Part shown: positions 1 through 13,000 of the stretch, in pieces
How positions within the stretch are numbered: the first letter of the stretch is position 1
How the letters are laid out: every line of letters begins with the position of its first letter
Source of the DNA: Lytechinus pictus
Lineage: Eukaryota
Length of the DNA stretch: 64,000 nucleotides
Assembly: GCF_037042905.1 (NCBI RefSeq)
Contig: NC_087245.1
Location: 38,566,001-38,630,000 of the forward strand
Reading direction: 5' to 3'
The notes under the pieces: generated by a model
Told to the model about the DNA's origin: nothing
Database searches by the model: none
What the model saw: the letters and a program-made list of their open reading frames with translations, nothing else
Program-made: the position numbers and the translations under genes

Positions 1-817
1 TGACATCATCTAGCCATTTTTATGAGAACAGATTCTCCTCTCTCATTATTCCACTTAACAATCAGGGCATGTATAGTCCTGATAAAAAGAATGAATCCAA
101 TCGAACTTCTTGTTTTATTTTATTTCTTTATCAATCTTCAATATACAAATCAGAAATACAGAAATACAATTAAGTGATTACAAAAAAAAAATCAAAGAGC
201 TTGTAGTGCAAATAGGTAACTTTAATACAAACGAAATACAATAAACTCATACCAATTTATAAACTTGCATATTGCTAATGCTAAATGTTTGTGACTTTTC
301 TACGGCAAGTATATTGAAAGAAAATACGCATATTGCTTTGTTAACTTGGTAAACTGATGATATTCCTCAAGAATATTAAAAACAATACAGAGTGTAAAAG
401 GTGACCTAAATCCCGCAAATATTTCAGTAAGGGTTCGATTTATATTTCAATTGGGTCAAACTGATGCAAGGTGTGATATGTGACAAAATGAAGAGACAAA
501 GAAAAAGCGAATCATGCCCCCAAACCAAAATGAAAGAGGATATAAAAACCTAAGAACACAAAACACATCCATTTACATATTCATATTGCAAGTTGATTAA
601 TGTGGTCACAGGTAATAAGCAGGTTAAAAGTGTTTATTGAGTACAGACTATACGTTTCCAATGTTGTTACGCTTTTGATAAAAAAGAGTAAGGAATGATG
701 GATAAATAATGTAAAAAAAATACACTTCAACAAACAAACGAAAGGCGAGTATATGCAATAATTAATACAATGAAATAGAGTGGTTGTATTATAACCATAT
801 TACCTCATTTAAAAGTT

Positions 818-1208
818 CAGTGATTACGAATTTTCGTTAATTTAGTAAAACTAACTTATGCCTATTTCAAAGTTGCTACGATTTTCCTATCGGATTAATC
901 TACGATTTGTAGGGCCATCGTATTTGGCTACGGACGATTTATAGTTAAGTTTGCAATATTTACGACCATCGTATGATATTTCATTATGTTGTGCATCTCA
1001 TACAAGGCCAAATAAAAAGACGTACACAGAGGCCGTCCAGACATCGTAGAGATATCGTATGTTGCTCCTGCGCTGATCGTAGATGTCTGCAGGGGACGCC
1101 CGGAGATCGTACAGATATCGTAGGATGCGCTATTTCTCACGATTGTTCCAAAATTGTAAATCTACAAGGCTGGTTATTACGAGAACCGTTCCCGATTCGT
1201 TATTACTG
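818..1208. mobile_element. MITE in the PAQR 3' UTR
   Basis: TIR cagtgattacgaat / attcgttattactg (12/14) with repeated TACGAT/ATCGTA subterminal motifs. Confidence 0.6.
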
Positions 1209-1254
1209 AGAATAATGGAATGCCCTTGATACATTTTAAAACAATCCCTAGCTT

Positions 1255-1681
1255 TTAGTCTTTCTTTTGAGGTATACTCGGAGCTTCTTCCAAATGATGA
1301 ATTTTCGCAAGTTGGCCGGGTTTACGAAGCCACAGACCAAGTCCTAATATAAGGACGCCATGCAAAAAGACGTTCGCCAGCAATATCCCAAAGGTCTCGG
1401 CAAAAGTCGGCATGCCACTCAGATCCAGAAGGGCTTCCCGGTGGTCGTGCATTTCAACGGAGAGGGAGCGATACTGGCAGTAGGTCATAGCTACGGTGGA
1501 GAGGTGGAAAAGCTGGTGACTGTGGGCGATGAAGTCGAAGCGACCAGGGGCCAGCGCTTCGGGGAGGTGTAATCCGTAAGTTGCCGCAGCAACGATCGCG
1601 GCGACGGTCTGGGCAATGTGGTACGCATCGGCTGTCGATGACGATGACGAGCCAAAGAGAGCACGGTAGGCGAGGGGGAGA
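1255..1681 (-). CDS. PAQR5: PAQR last coding exon (NLPLAYR...PEALAPGRFDFIAHSHQLFH...PQKKD*)
   Basis: ttctccttgcag acceptor, PAQR HxxxH motif, TAA stop at 1257..1255. Confidence 0.93.
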
Positions 1682-4600
1682 CTGCAAGGAGAAAAGAATC
1701 AAGACGAGCTTTAAAGCAAATACGAACTAGCAGACTATAGCACCACCTCAGATACTCAACTACTTTACTCTCACCCATAATGCAACATTCTGAGAAGTGA
1801 AGTGTTGCAATATATAGGCCTACTTAAATGATTACAAATTAATTCACACTTAAATATTCCTTCGGCTATATTGAACTTAGATCAGGGGCTCGTATCATAA
1901 AGGACTTGAAACTGTTGTAACTTTGCCATTATGGCAACTACCACGGAAACCTTGATTCTGATTGGCTGCTGAGCCCTGTGACAATGGTAGTTGCCATTAT
2001 GGAAAAGTTACATCACTTGCAAGTCCTTTATGAAACGGGCCCCAGAATTGACATTTGACGATGCTGATCGTGATTACCCTCTTAGATATATGCAATGCAT
2101 TGGTTGTCTTTTTTTTAAATGTAGTAGGCCTATTGGTGAATTTTTTTCGGATTTGAGTACGGGGTTGGTGATTCAAATTTTATAGGCATTTTTTAACGCC
2201 GTTTCTTCCGTTCTCTTGTTACAGTAGATAAAACATTCGGTGCAAATTACATTCCCTTTTCGCGAATATACATTAGGTTATCATGACTAAGAGGGCTTTT
2301 GCTAAATTTTGGGCGTTTTGAACACATTATTCTCGTTCCGCACGTTCCGCGCCGACCCGCGAAAAACACCCCTTTTCCACGTTCCCTTTTTTTTATGTCC
2401 ACTCTTTAATGGTATATGCCCCTCGGGATCTAGACTCTAGAGTTTGTTTTCTGTTCATATTTTCTCATTCGTTCGTTCTTATATACCATCAGGGAAGGAG
2501 GGGTGACTGAACTTACTTGCACCACGCAAAGTATGCTGGGAAGGTCACTTTTCTACCATGAATCCTCAGTAAATGATGTCTAGAATACCTAGTTCCACAG
2601 GAGGTTGCAGAGAAGAGAATGGAGAGGAGAAACACCATAGGAAGGTAGATGCGATGGATGGCCGAGTTCATAGCGTACCGCGGAAACGCATATTCCTTGT
2701 ATGCTGAAAAGAGTGAATTCATAAAAGGAAAAGACAGTCAAACCCCATTCCACAGAGAGCAAAGGCCTCTGAAAAACCGCTTTAAGACCATGAAACTTGC
2801 TTGATCTTTCGGAGGTCTTTCAATCAACTTTCACAGATCTCCGAGGTCGTTCATGAGTCCTGATTGATCTTTCAATAATCTTCGTGGTCTCCACGATCTC
2901 ACAAACTTTTTGAAACAGTTCAAAACAGTCTTTCAGTGGTCTTTCAGGAAAATTGTCTTTTGATAAGGCCCCCATTCCACAGAGGGAGACCTTTGAAGGA
3001 CCAATTGAAATACCAAATTTTTGCAAGGTCTTACAGTAATCACGAAGATCACTGAAATTTGTCATCTCTGTGGATTGGCTCAGAAAGACCCCTCAAAGAA
3101 CCGTGAAAGACTGATTGATATACTTGACCTATAGACAAGTCCTATAGATATCTTTCAGTGGTCTTTCTGAGATCTTTTATGCAACAAGGGATCTTTCAGA
3201 ATTCTTTCCATGGACTCTCCCTAGTCTTTCAATGATCTCTCAATGATCTTTTAGTGATCTTTCAATGATCTCTCACGAGTCTTACAGTGATCTCCACAAA
3301 AATCTTGAGAGACTGTCGAAAGTCCATGGAAAGACTAAATGAGAACTTTGAAAGTTCATAGGAAGACCGCTGAAATACTGCTGAAAGACCACCAAAAGAC
3401 CATTTTTTTCTGAAAGACCGCTGAAAGACTGTTTTGAACCGTTTCAAAATGTTTTGGGACTCACGAGGACCACGAAGACCAGTGAAAGATCCATCAGGTA
3501 TTGTGAAAGACTTCGGAGATCTTTGAAAGTTCATTGAAAGACCTTTGAAAGATCGAGCAAGTTTCATGGTCTTACAGAAGTCTTTCAGATGTCTTGCTCT
3601 CTGTGGAATGGGGGTTTAAACAGGATTGCAACAAGATCACGCGATACGATTTTTTAAGCCTTCTACAAAATGTTTTTCGTTTTAGAAAATTTTGCTAAAA
3701 TGACTGTGAGACCAGGAGTCCAATTCATAAAACTTATTTTAATAACAAATTTGCAGTAACAGTTTAAAGCTATTGAAATCACTAGGCTCAATTTTACTGA
3801 CTCACCTTAAACCTGGTATTAATAGAAACTTAACATTTGTTATTCTAACAAGTATTTGTGAAACGGGCCCCAGGGGCGGCTTAACAGGGGGCAGGGAGCG
3901 ACCGCCGTACGCCCTTATATGATTTTGCAAATAATGAAAAAGAAAAAAAAAAGAGAAGAAAAGGGGAAAAGAAGGGAATGAAAATAGGACCTGAGCTATA
4001 TTATTCATCATAACTCTATATTACACCTGTTATTTAATCGGGAAAATGACATCAATTTGCATCAAATTTGGGTTGTGCAATGGAAAACCAAATATGAGTG
4101 CAGCATAAAATGTATCAAATTTTGAACACCTTCCAACCAGTCAAAATTAATGATCAGAATCTTTGTTCGAGTGTCTAATAATTATTAGCATAATATACTA
4201 ACCTACGCATAAACCCATGACGTATATACTAACAGTGGAGTAGTCGATGAAGTAACATATATAGTGACAGAACTCCGAGTAGGAAGAGAACATGTGAGCT
4301 AGAGAGCTGCCCAGCATGTAGCAGCAGCCTGAAAGAGTAAAGACCAGGAACGGCCAGTTGAACGGGTCCGATCTGAAAGACGGGTCCAGGACGTGTTGGC
4401 CGGTGACGAGGGCTTGGACCAGGAACGGCACGAAGTGGGTCCAGAAGTTGAGGGTCTCGTTTGTGGCGTGGAAGGCGCTGAGGAGGCAAGTGCCGAGGGT
4501 ACTGCCGCATGCCCTGTATCGGGAGAAGATGTAGGGCTCCCTGTACGCCGCTGGAACCTAAGGAGAATCAATTGAAGTCCAAAGATAAAAAAAAATTGTA

Positions 4601-6494
4601 TACCGACCCAACTTGATGTTAGAAAGCCCCTGCAAACAACGAGGAGCGTCTTTTTAATTGGATTTGGGGCTTTTTCAACCTAACCCGTCCTGTAAAAAAT
4701 GGAAAAAATTGAGCATATATACGCCTAATGATTTTAGATTTTCTCCGAAAAATGTAGACAAGACAAACACAACAAACGAAAAGTTAAATATATTCTTGAT
4801 AACAGAGGAGGCGATTTCATTATTTTTTTTGTCCATTATAGGGGGGAGTGTGGAGGGGGAATGTTGCGAGACGACCCTGTTCAATAGGTTATCCTACTGA
4901 ACAAATTTGAAAATCAAGGAGGTCACCCCCCCCCCCCCGGATTTCTGCCAATGCTATTAAACATGGTAAGTAACCAAAAATGAGGTTGTTCACCTCAATC
5001 GCTTTTGACGGCTCCGGCGCAAGGCGAAATGAAGTTAAATGTTGTTGTTTCTCTTTTTTTTCTATTGATGGTCAACTTATTATTATCAATCATTGCTATT
5101 ATTCAAGTAAACTTGCTCCTTATAAGACCAGCACCAATATAATATCACAGCTCAATATGGACTGCAGCCGTATGTCTTACTTAATTTAAACAACTCTGTT
5201 TGCTATGTGAATCGCACAGTAGTTGTTTAAACATTTTAAACAAGTGTTTAAAATCATAAACAAAAAATTTTAATTCAAATATTTAATTTTCACTAATTTA
5301 ACCATGGTTGTTTAAAATTTTAAACACATGTTTAAACAACTACTGTGCGATTCACATAGTAATTATACAACGTCGTTTAAATTATTTTAACATTGTATTT
5401 TTTCCCTATATACCACTTCTTATTAGTCCATTGCAACTTTGACGAATTTCATCTTGTGTTTTGTATTTTGTATTTGTTATTCGGAAATGAAACAAACAAA
5501 ATAAACTTTCCTCCTCACCCATTCATACCAAGCGAACATAGACAGAAAATTCAATTAAGGGTGTACTGATGGCGAGGGGTAGTCTGCAGGCACAGACCCT
5601 GATTGAAACTTTGTTCAAGAAGTGGGTCTTCGCACAAGACTAGCACACATACAAGCAGACTAGTGAGGGTGGAAGTTTTGTAAATATTCCCATTATAATT
5701 GAAGCTAAAAATCTATGATATTTTATCTCTTGCTCGATTTGCTCGGTCGTATTTTTTTTCATTCAGTGGAAGATCTAAACCTGTAATGACTTATAAAGTA
5801 CAAGGGAGGGGTCATAAAAAATAAAGATGTTAGCAGATATATTGTGCCGCCGTTTAAAAATAAAATATATTGCAACGATGACCCCCCCCCCCCCATCACA
5901 AACACGAATCGACGCCAATGCTATTCGTCATGGCTACAAAATATGTTATGCTATGCTGACTACAAAATGAATACAAGAACATATTACTATTGATGTCACA
6001 ATTGACAATAATACGTACAAGTCGATGCTTATTTGTGAATACGTAAAAAGTGAACTTTATCATGTTTATGCAGATACATATATAGAACCACCAGTATTTT
6101 CTATGGGTCAGGGTCACTGCTTGTGAGGAAATTTGTAGATACATTCATAAATGATACATTCAAGGATCAAATTAGGGGAGAATTAAAAAGCAACAGAGAG
6201 GTGGTAAAGAGAGAGAGAGAGAGAAGGGAGAAAGATAAATGAAGTAAGAAAGAGAGGGTGAGAGAGAAAGAAAGACAGACAGAGAGAAACAAACAGACAA
6301 AACAAACACAGAGACAGGGAGAGGGCAAGCTAAGAGAAATGTCGTCATATTTCCTTTTTATTTCCTTAGATTCTTGAAGGAACTCCATTTTTTGCAAAAT
6401 ATCCGGAATCTGAATAACTTTCTAAAATCATAACTATTGTCACTCTTTAAATCACATATATTTTTTTTACCTCATTCCGTCGTAAAGTCTTCAT
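1255..6494 (-). CDS. PAQR5: Class II PAQR / membrane progestin receptor gamma-like gene; whole spliced CDS join(6471..6494,4203..4557,2517..2703,1255..1681), 330 aa
   Basis: Four GT-AG exons (24+355+187+427 = 993 nt) join in phase with no internal stop. PAQR motifs NETLNFWTH, SSLAH and PEALAPGRFDFIAHSHQLFH are present, plus an extra C-terminal hydrophobic helix typical of class II PAQRs. The PAQR5 rather than PAQR6/7/8 assignment is by recalled similarity only. Confidence 0.88.
1886..2043. mobile_element. Palindromic MITE with CAG TSD (Harbinger-like); same family at 63445..63601
   Basis: ~65-bp inverted arms (cataaaggacttg...caagtcctttatgaaac), flanked by CAG on both sides. Confidence 0.85.
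2517..2703 (-). CDS. PAQR5: PAQR coding exon 3 (AYKEYAFP...FPAYFAWC)
   Basis: cttttcag acceptor, AA|gtaagt donor, phases 1 and 2 match both neighbours, hydrophobic helices. Confidence 0.9.
2743..3614. mobile_element. Foldback non-autonomous DNA transposon with ~220-bp imperfect arms
   Basis: ccccattccacagagagcaa...ttgctctctgtggaatgggg termini; interior built from GAAAGAC/GTCTTTC motifs. Confidence 0.85.
4203..4557 (-). CDS. PAQR5: PAQR coding exon 2 (VPAAYREPYIFSRYR...TNETLNFWTH...SSLAHMFSS...ICYFIDY...GLCV)
   Basis: ttctccttag acceptor, G|gttagt donor, 355 nt, PAQR motifs A and B. Confidence 0.92.
5203..5359. mobile_element. Palindromic MITE in a PAQR intron
   Basis: Perfect 31-bp TIR ctatgtgaatcgcacagtagttgtttaaaca. 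Confidence 0.85.
6471..6494 (-). CDS. PAQR5: PAQR coding exon 1 (MKTLRRNE); full exon 6471..6544 including 5' UTR
   Basis: Acceptor tttcatttcag before 6544, ACCATGA start context, donor GAG|gtaaaa. Joins in phase 0 to VPAAYREPYI. Confidence 0.75.
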
Positions 6495-8366
6495 GGTAGA
6501 TGAAGCAAGTTCAGCGCAGTGTTATTCTATCATCATTCCCCGCTCTGAAATGAAAATTTGAAATGGTAATATATTAGTATTGATATTCTCTTTAATAAGA
6601 ATAATGAAACCTGCGTATTCATAATTAAGTGGCTTTTACTTAGGTCTCTTCAAGAGATGGATCCTGAATTTCAACGAGGGGCATATAAAGTGGGATGATT
6701 TCTTCAAAATTTATTAATATTACAATTAAGACTAAATAATGCAAAAATATATAGAAATAAAAGAAAGTTAATAACCCAACCTTAATTTCTTTTATTTATT
6801 CTTCTTGTCCCTTTTTCTTTTCTACGGACATTATTTTATTAGTTTAAGATCACCAGGGGCGGTTGACCTCGCCCCCTGTTGTGCCCCCCCCCCCCCTAGG
6901 TAGAATGACTTTTGAATAACACTCATGATTTCCATATATTTTCATAATTATTATTATTTAAGTTGATTGCACGAGGCGGGGAGGGGGCTGAACACAAACG
7001 CTCGTGGAGATAGCCACCCCCCCCCCCTGCAAAGAGAGAGAGAGAGAGAGAGAAATTAATAATATAAAATGTGTGAATAAACAAAAAGTTTACCAATGAT
7101 TATTTGTCCATCTGACCTGGAAAAAGACAAGGTCAACTGGAGTGATCGAGCCAAGAAGGCCTACTCATTTCCCGTACTTATTATGAGGAAATTGTTATCG
7201 GCAGCCGTTTAAAGCCAATTGTGATATAGAGGCCAATAGCATAGAACATTTGAAAAAAATAGCCAAATTAACAACAACAAATAAATGCATGAAAGCGCAA
7301 GCATTGCAAAAATAAAAAATAGAAAAGTAGTGTAATTTCAAAACCCAAAGATACACACATACACGAAAACACACACTCCCACATCCACAGCCATGCTATC
7401 GTGGTTTGAATACTGTAGGCTGATACTGGCTGATCGAATGTCTATTGATAGTTCATTACAATAATGCTAGTGAAATAAAAAATTCAATTAATAAATTTTA
7501 ATAAACATCAAAGTAAAGAGGACATACAGCTTTCGAGAAAGGCAAAGCAATGACGATGCTACACTTAAGGGATAGCATAAGGCGCATATGATTTGTTTTT
7601 AAGTGAGTAAGTGCATAGTGAAAAAACTAGAGGCGAAATGAGGAAGAAGGGGGAATAAGAAACAATAGCAATTATAAAATAAGAAGTCTGAGCCCCGAAT
7701 CTACTATTACTCACAAAATTTCACTTGAAAAAAAATGACCCCCCCCCCCCGCAGGCGCCCCTGGGAAAAAATATATGATGCATAGTAATATAGTCAGGCA
7801 CCTAAACCATGCAGAAAACTTGAATTATATTGAATGATTATAATCTAATGAGCCTAGAAACATTTAAGTATTAAGCGCTATATATTAATGTAACAATATT
7901 ATGAATATGATTGTCTCCAGTCCAATGTGTGATATATATTGACTAGCCTGTATATCCTTCTCATAGAGCGTATTGCATGATAACTTATTCGAATGGTCTC
8001 CGATTCATTCTTATTAACCTCTTCGAAAAGAATAAAATCCAGTGATGAAATTCTGCGAATCTATTCACATCTGCATGCGATAACATGTAGTGTATATGCG
8101 GGGGAGTATAACATGCTTGTGCAAATGCTCCCAAAAGCTCCAAGCTAGGTTTTATGTGTGTGTCTTCCGACCATGACAGGTGTGTGGTGTGAGATAAGAT
8201 GATACAATAACCTCCTCCTACATGCGCAAGATGAATATAAATAAGGATCATTTTCATTACCAATCGTTGCTATTATCAGAGCTGAATAATAAAAGCCTAC
8301 ATAAATGAAACAGTAATGGAAATTCCGTATCTCAAATATTACAAGATGATAGAAGTGTATACTTAC

Positions 8367-8620
8367 ATCCTCGCAGACGATCTTCGTGCATCCACCGACG
8401 GCGTTGGATCATTCCGTAAATCGAAAGATATATCCCGGCAGACGACACTTTTTGGTCAGCGTGAGAATGTATTGCCGTGAACCACCAGCGCGCGCCAAAA
8501 AGCAAAAGATGTATTAACTCCCCGCAATTGATATTTGCAGTGTACACAGGGTAATAGTTGGATACACTCGATCATTATTAATACCGTTGTAAACGCTATG
8601 TGGATTGCTACGCTGCTTCG
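8367..8620 (-). other. Probable non-coding first exon / promoter region of the PAQR gene
   Basis: Consensus donor GAT|gtaagt at 8367/8366 ending a CpG-rich patch upstream of the ATG exon. The 5' boundary is unknown. Confidence 0.5.
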
Positions 8621-8780
8621 AGTGACCGCACGATTAATATTAGGGCCTACTTATTTCTAATGAATATTGATATTAATCGAACCGTGAAACATAACAATAG
8701 AACTGCGAGTTCATTGAAATTGTCGGCATAAATCAATATGATAAACTTGTTTGCATTGGGGTTGAATTCACTTTAATAAA

Positions 8781-9485
8781 CCCTAACAGGCCGGGGGCAT
8801 GATGCCCCCCCCCCCCTCTACGCTTCGCACGATTTTTCCGAAACGCAAAAAGATAGCGCGAAATTTAAGACCAAATACGTGACATATACGGGTATATATA
8901 GCATCGCGACGTCACGTGACTTTTTTACAAGACAATGTCATGCCGAAAATGGCTATTTTTATACTTTGTTTACAAAGTCTATGGGAGATGAAATTCATAA
9001 AAGGGTGATTATTTTTCGTGCTAATCGGTCTGCTTCATTTAGGGCTTAATTTAGTTGTTAAATGGTCTGTAATAATTTGCACTGAAAAAACAATGAAAAA
9101 CAAAAGATGAAAGACAAAGAAATACGTTAGAAGTTCTAAAAACAAAGAAATGCATAAGGAAAAAATTGGCCTTTGCAATTTTTCTTTGTGGAAACCTTTA
9201 AATTAGATTACAAAGATGACATCTGCAAAAAAAAGAAGAACATTTGAAGTGAAATTGGGTGTTAAATATGCAAATGACGTTTTTCATGAATAAATTTGCA
9301 GATCTTATTCATAACAAATAAAAAATAATCATTTTCATTTTTTTTTAATACTAACTTGTAGTTTTGTGGTAAAGAATGTGCGTGCCAAATCTCGGCGCGA
9401 TCGCGCTAACGGCGGCCGAGATCAGAAGGGGGGCTTCATGCCCCCCAGTCCTCAATACATCTCAAATAGCCCCGTCTTTTTAGGG
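8781..9485. mobile_element. Probable piggyBac-like MITE
   Basis: taaa|CCCTAAcaggccgggg...cccgtcttTTTAGGG|ttaa. Confidence 0.55.
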
Positions 9486-9869
9486 TTAAGGATTGGTCCA
9501 AAAAGCGATTATATATCCCGGGGGCCACTTCCATTGACGTGCGTGACCAAGAAAAAAAAACACGTAAAAGGGATCTCTTTTTTAAGATAGGGCACGTTAC
9601 GTACCTAATGTAACTGATAGGGGTGCCAACAACACCAGAAAGGGTATATATTTCGCTAGGAAAACTACGTGTTTACGATCCAATTTGCGAGGGTATAAAT
9701 AGACCTACTTTATAAAGGATGTACCTTTTGCCCAAACACTAACTTAATTTGCGTTCAATTGTATTTTTTAACCTATTATTGTACATAATATTTCAAGTGT
9801 TTTTATTGAATGCTTTGGATTGATTTGTATATAAAGTTTTCCCTCAATGAAAAGTTTACCTTTGATACT

Positions 9870-10022
9870 CAGGTGCCGCGGAACGGTCTTGAAAGTGGGA
9901 GGGGGGCTGATCATGCAAAACTTCACAATCAGATGGTCATTTTCACATTTTGTTCAGTTTCGGGAAAAAGTGGGGTGGGGCGGAAGCCTCCCCCCCCCAG
10001 CCTCCCAGTTCCGCGGCCCCTG
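9870..10022. mobile_element. Short CAG-terminated MITE with 5-bp TSD
   Basis: atact|CAGGTGCCGCGGAAC...GTTCCGCGGCCCCTG|atact. Confidence 0.75.
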
Positions 10023-13000
10023 ATACTAAAACCAACTGGTGTTGTTTTGATAGACATTGTTGTTTTGCAGTTAAACTCATAAAAAAATAAAGAAAACAAA
10101 TCGAAACAGAGAGGAAACCCTATGTTCTGGGACCCGTTTCATAAAGAGTTGCAGCTAGGAGTGAAACTTACCAGATATCAGGCTCAATAACAATATTTAG
10201 TAGATGAAAAAACTCTCCTTATCACCCATTCCATTTTCTCTCTTTCAGTCCCTTTTTTTATTTAATTTACATTCCTTTCCTTTTTAAGGGGTACTCCAAA
10301 CTGAAAAAATAGGACTTGAACAGATCATGGACCTATGAAAAGATGGACGATTAACGCGAGCAATTCCTTGATCCAATGATAGTCACCGGCACTTGGTTAT
10401 GTATACATCTTGATGAGAACATACAGGTGTTGTGACAATAGCAATTACCATGACAACCAAGACGTATCTGATCACTTATTAAAGACAGATCAGTTTTCCG
10501 GTCTCAGTTTTGTTGGATGATACCTAGGTAGCTGTTTCAGAATGTGCCTTTCAATTAACATGCTTCATATTTGGAGCAGCAAACTTAATTGAGAAGCAGA
10601 CGAATTCTGTGATAGGAAATATGATATTATTTGATCCGGACACTTCCGGACCCCGGTTCCGGACGCACGTAGAGACCTCAATAAAATTGAGAGATACACG
10701 ATCTATACACGTTATGTGCCACGTATATCTGGAATATTATGGAGAAACTTGAGGAAATGGAATTTTAAATGGTTAACAATAACAATCGATGACAAATTTG
10801 CCTTTATATAAAAATATGCAGACATTTTCTCAACTAAACTAAAACACATGGAAGATTACCAAAGGTAAACAAGAACTGCACATTGATTTTCCATGATTTA
10901 AATAGGAATCCAACATTTTTAAAGGAAAAAATCCGACAAGTTGATGGGTAAAAGTTTGAACAATATCGGACAAACAATTAGACTAATGTAAATTTTTAAA
11001 AGGTGTAAAAATTGGTAATCATATACCCATGGAGACTTCAAATTGGCCGCATATGTGATGTCATAATGATGTAAGGCAAGGGCTACTCTTTTATGTACTC
11101 CAATACATAAAATGGCTAGAATGTTATTTTTTCATAAGTTATTCTTTGAATTATATTTTTCTTTCATGAGGAAATAAACAATATACTACCCGGGTTATAT
11201 TGAGATTACTGCCCCAGGGGAATGGGTACTAAGGAGAAAACCACAAATCCCTGATAATTAAGTACATAGCCTATGTGAAAGTTGTCTTTGCCCCTTGTCA
11301 TAATTTACTTGCTCAGTTGCCACTTTGAAATCTATAGTCTTAGTTTTTAAAGCAGTCATTACTTTCTTATCGCTTGTCTGATTTCTTTCCAATTTCAGTC
11401 CCTCCACAAGGTAACGATCATAGGACCAAAGAAGACTAGTATGAAGAGAATGTTATTCAGATGACAATAACAGTCACCTGTTAGTGAATTCATTATCTCA
11501 GGATGAATGTCCATCTCTTCATAGGTCCATAAAAAAATCAAGTAAAATCGAACCACTAAAACACTAATGTCATCAAAATAGTACAAGGAATAGCAAAGTT
11601 ATGTCATTTTGAAGTCTTGCCTTATTTTGGTGAAACAGTTGTATGCATGTCTTCATGAGTATTCAATGAGCAGACCGATGTCATACCCCCACTTATTCTT
11701 TTGTACTGTATTTTATATAATGCGAAAATACGTTTCCCCAATTTTTTTTCCATCGAACAAAATGATTGACCATTGACTTAATGTGTAAGATAATCGTTGC
11801 TGCAACTTTTTTTGTCACAAGGAAGACACATCACACACACACGTATGATAATATGAAATAATCATAATTTCGTATAGATAACATAAGAAAAAGGAAAGTG
11901 GGATATGCCATCATGAACCCACATATTGCATATCCATGAGGGCATTCATATGATTGATCATTGCTTTTACAAAATATTGCTCAATTTTTAAATTCAACTT
12001 CATTATGTTTTATTATCAGATTGCAGGTAAATTGTCAAGCGTTTTGCTTTGTGAATTTTACTCTGATTTATTGATTTATTTTGATTATTTTCTCCTTTTC
12101 CTTGTCCTGCTCCTCCCTGTACCCTTTCCTTCAATGTTTTTTTTTTTTTTTTTTTTTTTTTTGGGGGGGTATCTCCACAGGCCTTTGTCTTTAGCCCCCT
12201 CCCTCGCCCATCTCGTACAATCAACTTTAAAAAAAAAAATGTTATGCCTGTTTGACGATTCTCTTGTTGGGTAAACAGTATGTTACTTCCTCTATCATAC
12301 CACTCTGCAGTCAGACGATACAGACAAAAACCAAAAATCACTCTCAGATGTATCATAGATGTTAACATTTATTAAATATACTTTTCTTTTTTAGGACTAC
12401 ACACTGTCTCTACAAAATAGTAAGAAATTTTGAAGTATAGTCATAACATAATCGTGTCGCATTCCTCACTCTCAAATGATACATTACATAACTATCCATC
12501 GACGAGACAATCTATAAGCACACTATTCGGCTGGTATTGGTTAAGCGATACAGATTAGATTCCAAACTTGGCAGTTGAAGATGACACCACGTTTTTCAGT
12601 AAGACTTATGATACAATAAAGGTTTATAATTCAATTTAAGATAATCAATGCCCCTCAGTCGCTTAATTAATGACATTCTAAATCTGACATAAACATAAAG
12701 GGTCGATCAAAGTTAATTACAATACTCAATGCTGATTGGCTGATAATCTCACGTAGGCTTACAGCTATTCTACTTGGTTATATTAACATACTCTTTTGGT
12801 ACGGTACTTATCATGAATAGAGCTCTTTAACAGGGCACTTTGATAGAGCAGTAATTGACACAGTTGGAGATACCCTGTATAATACTTCAATGAAATTAAT
12901 AGAAATAGGAAATGAACAATAATTTATCAAATAATCTTAAACACGTGGCTGCACGGTATGATGATGCAACTATGATATTCAACTATTGCGACATTGGACT

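Noticed and set aside
2820..3567. ORFs inside the foldback element as a transposase
   Set aside because: Short, derived from repeated motifs, no DDE-like features.
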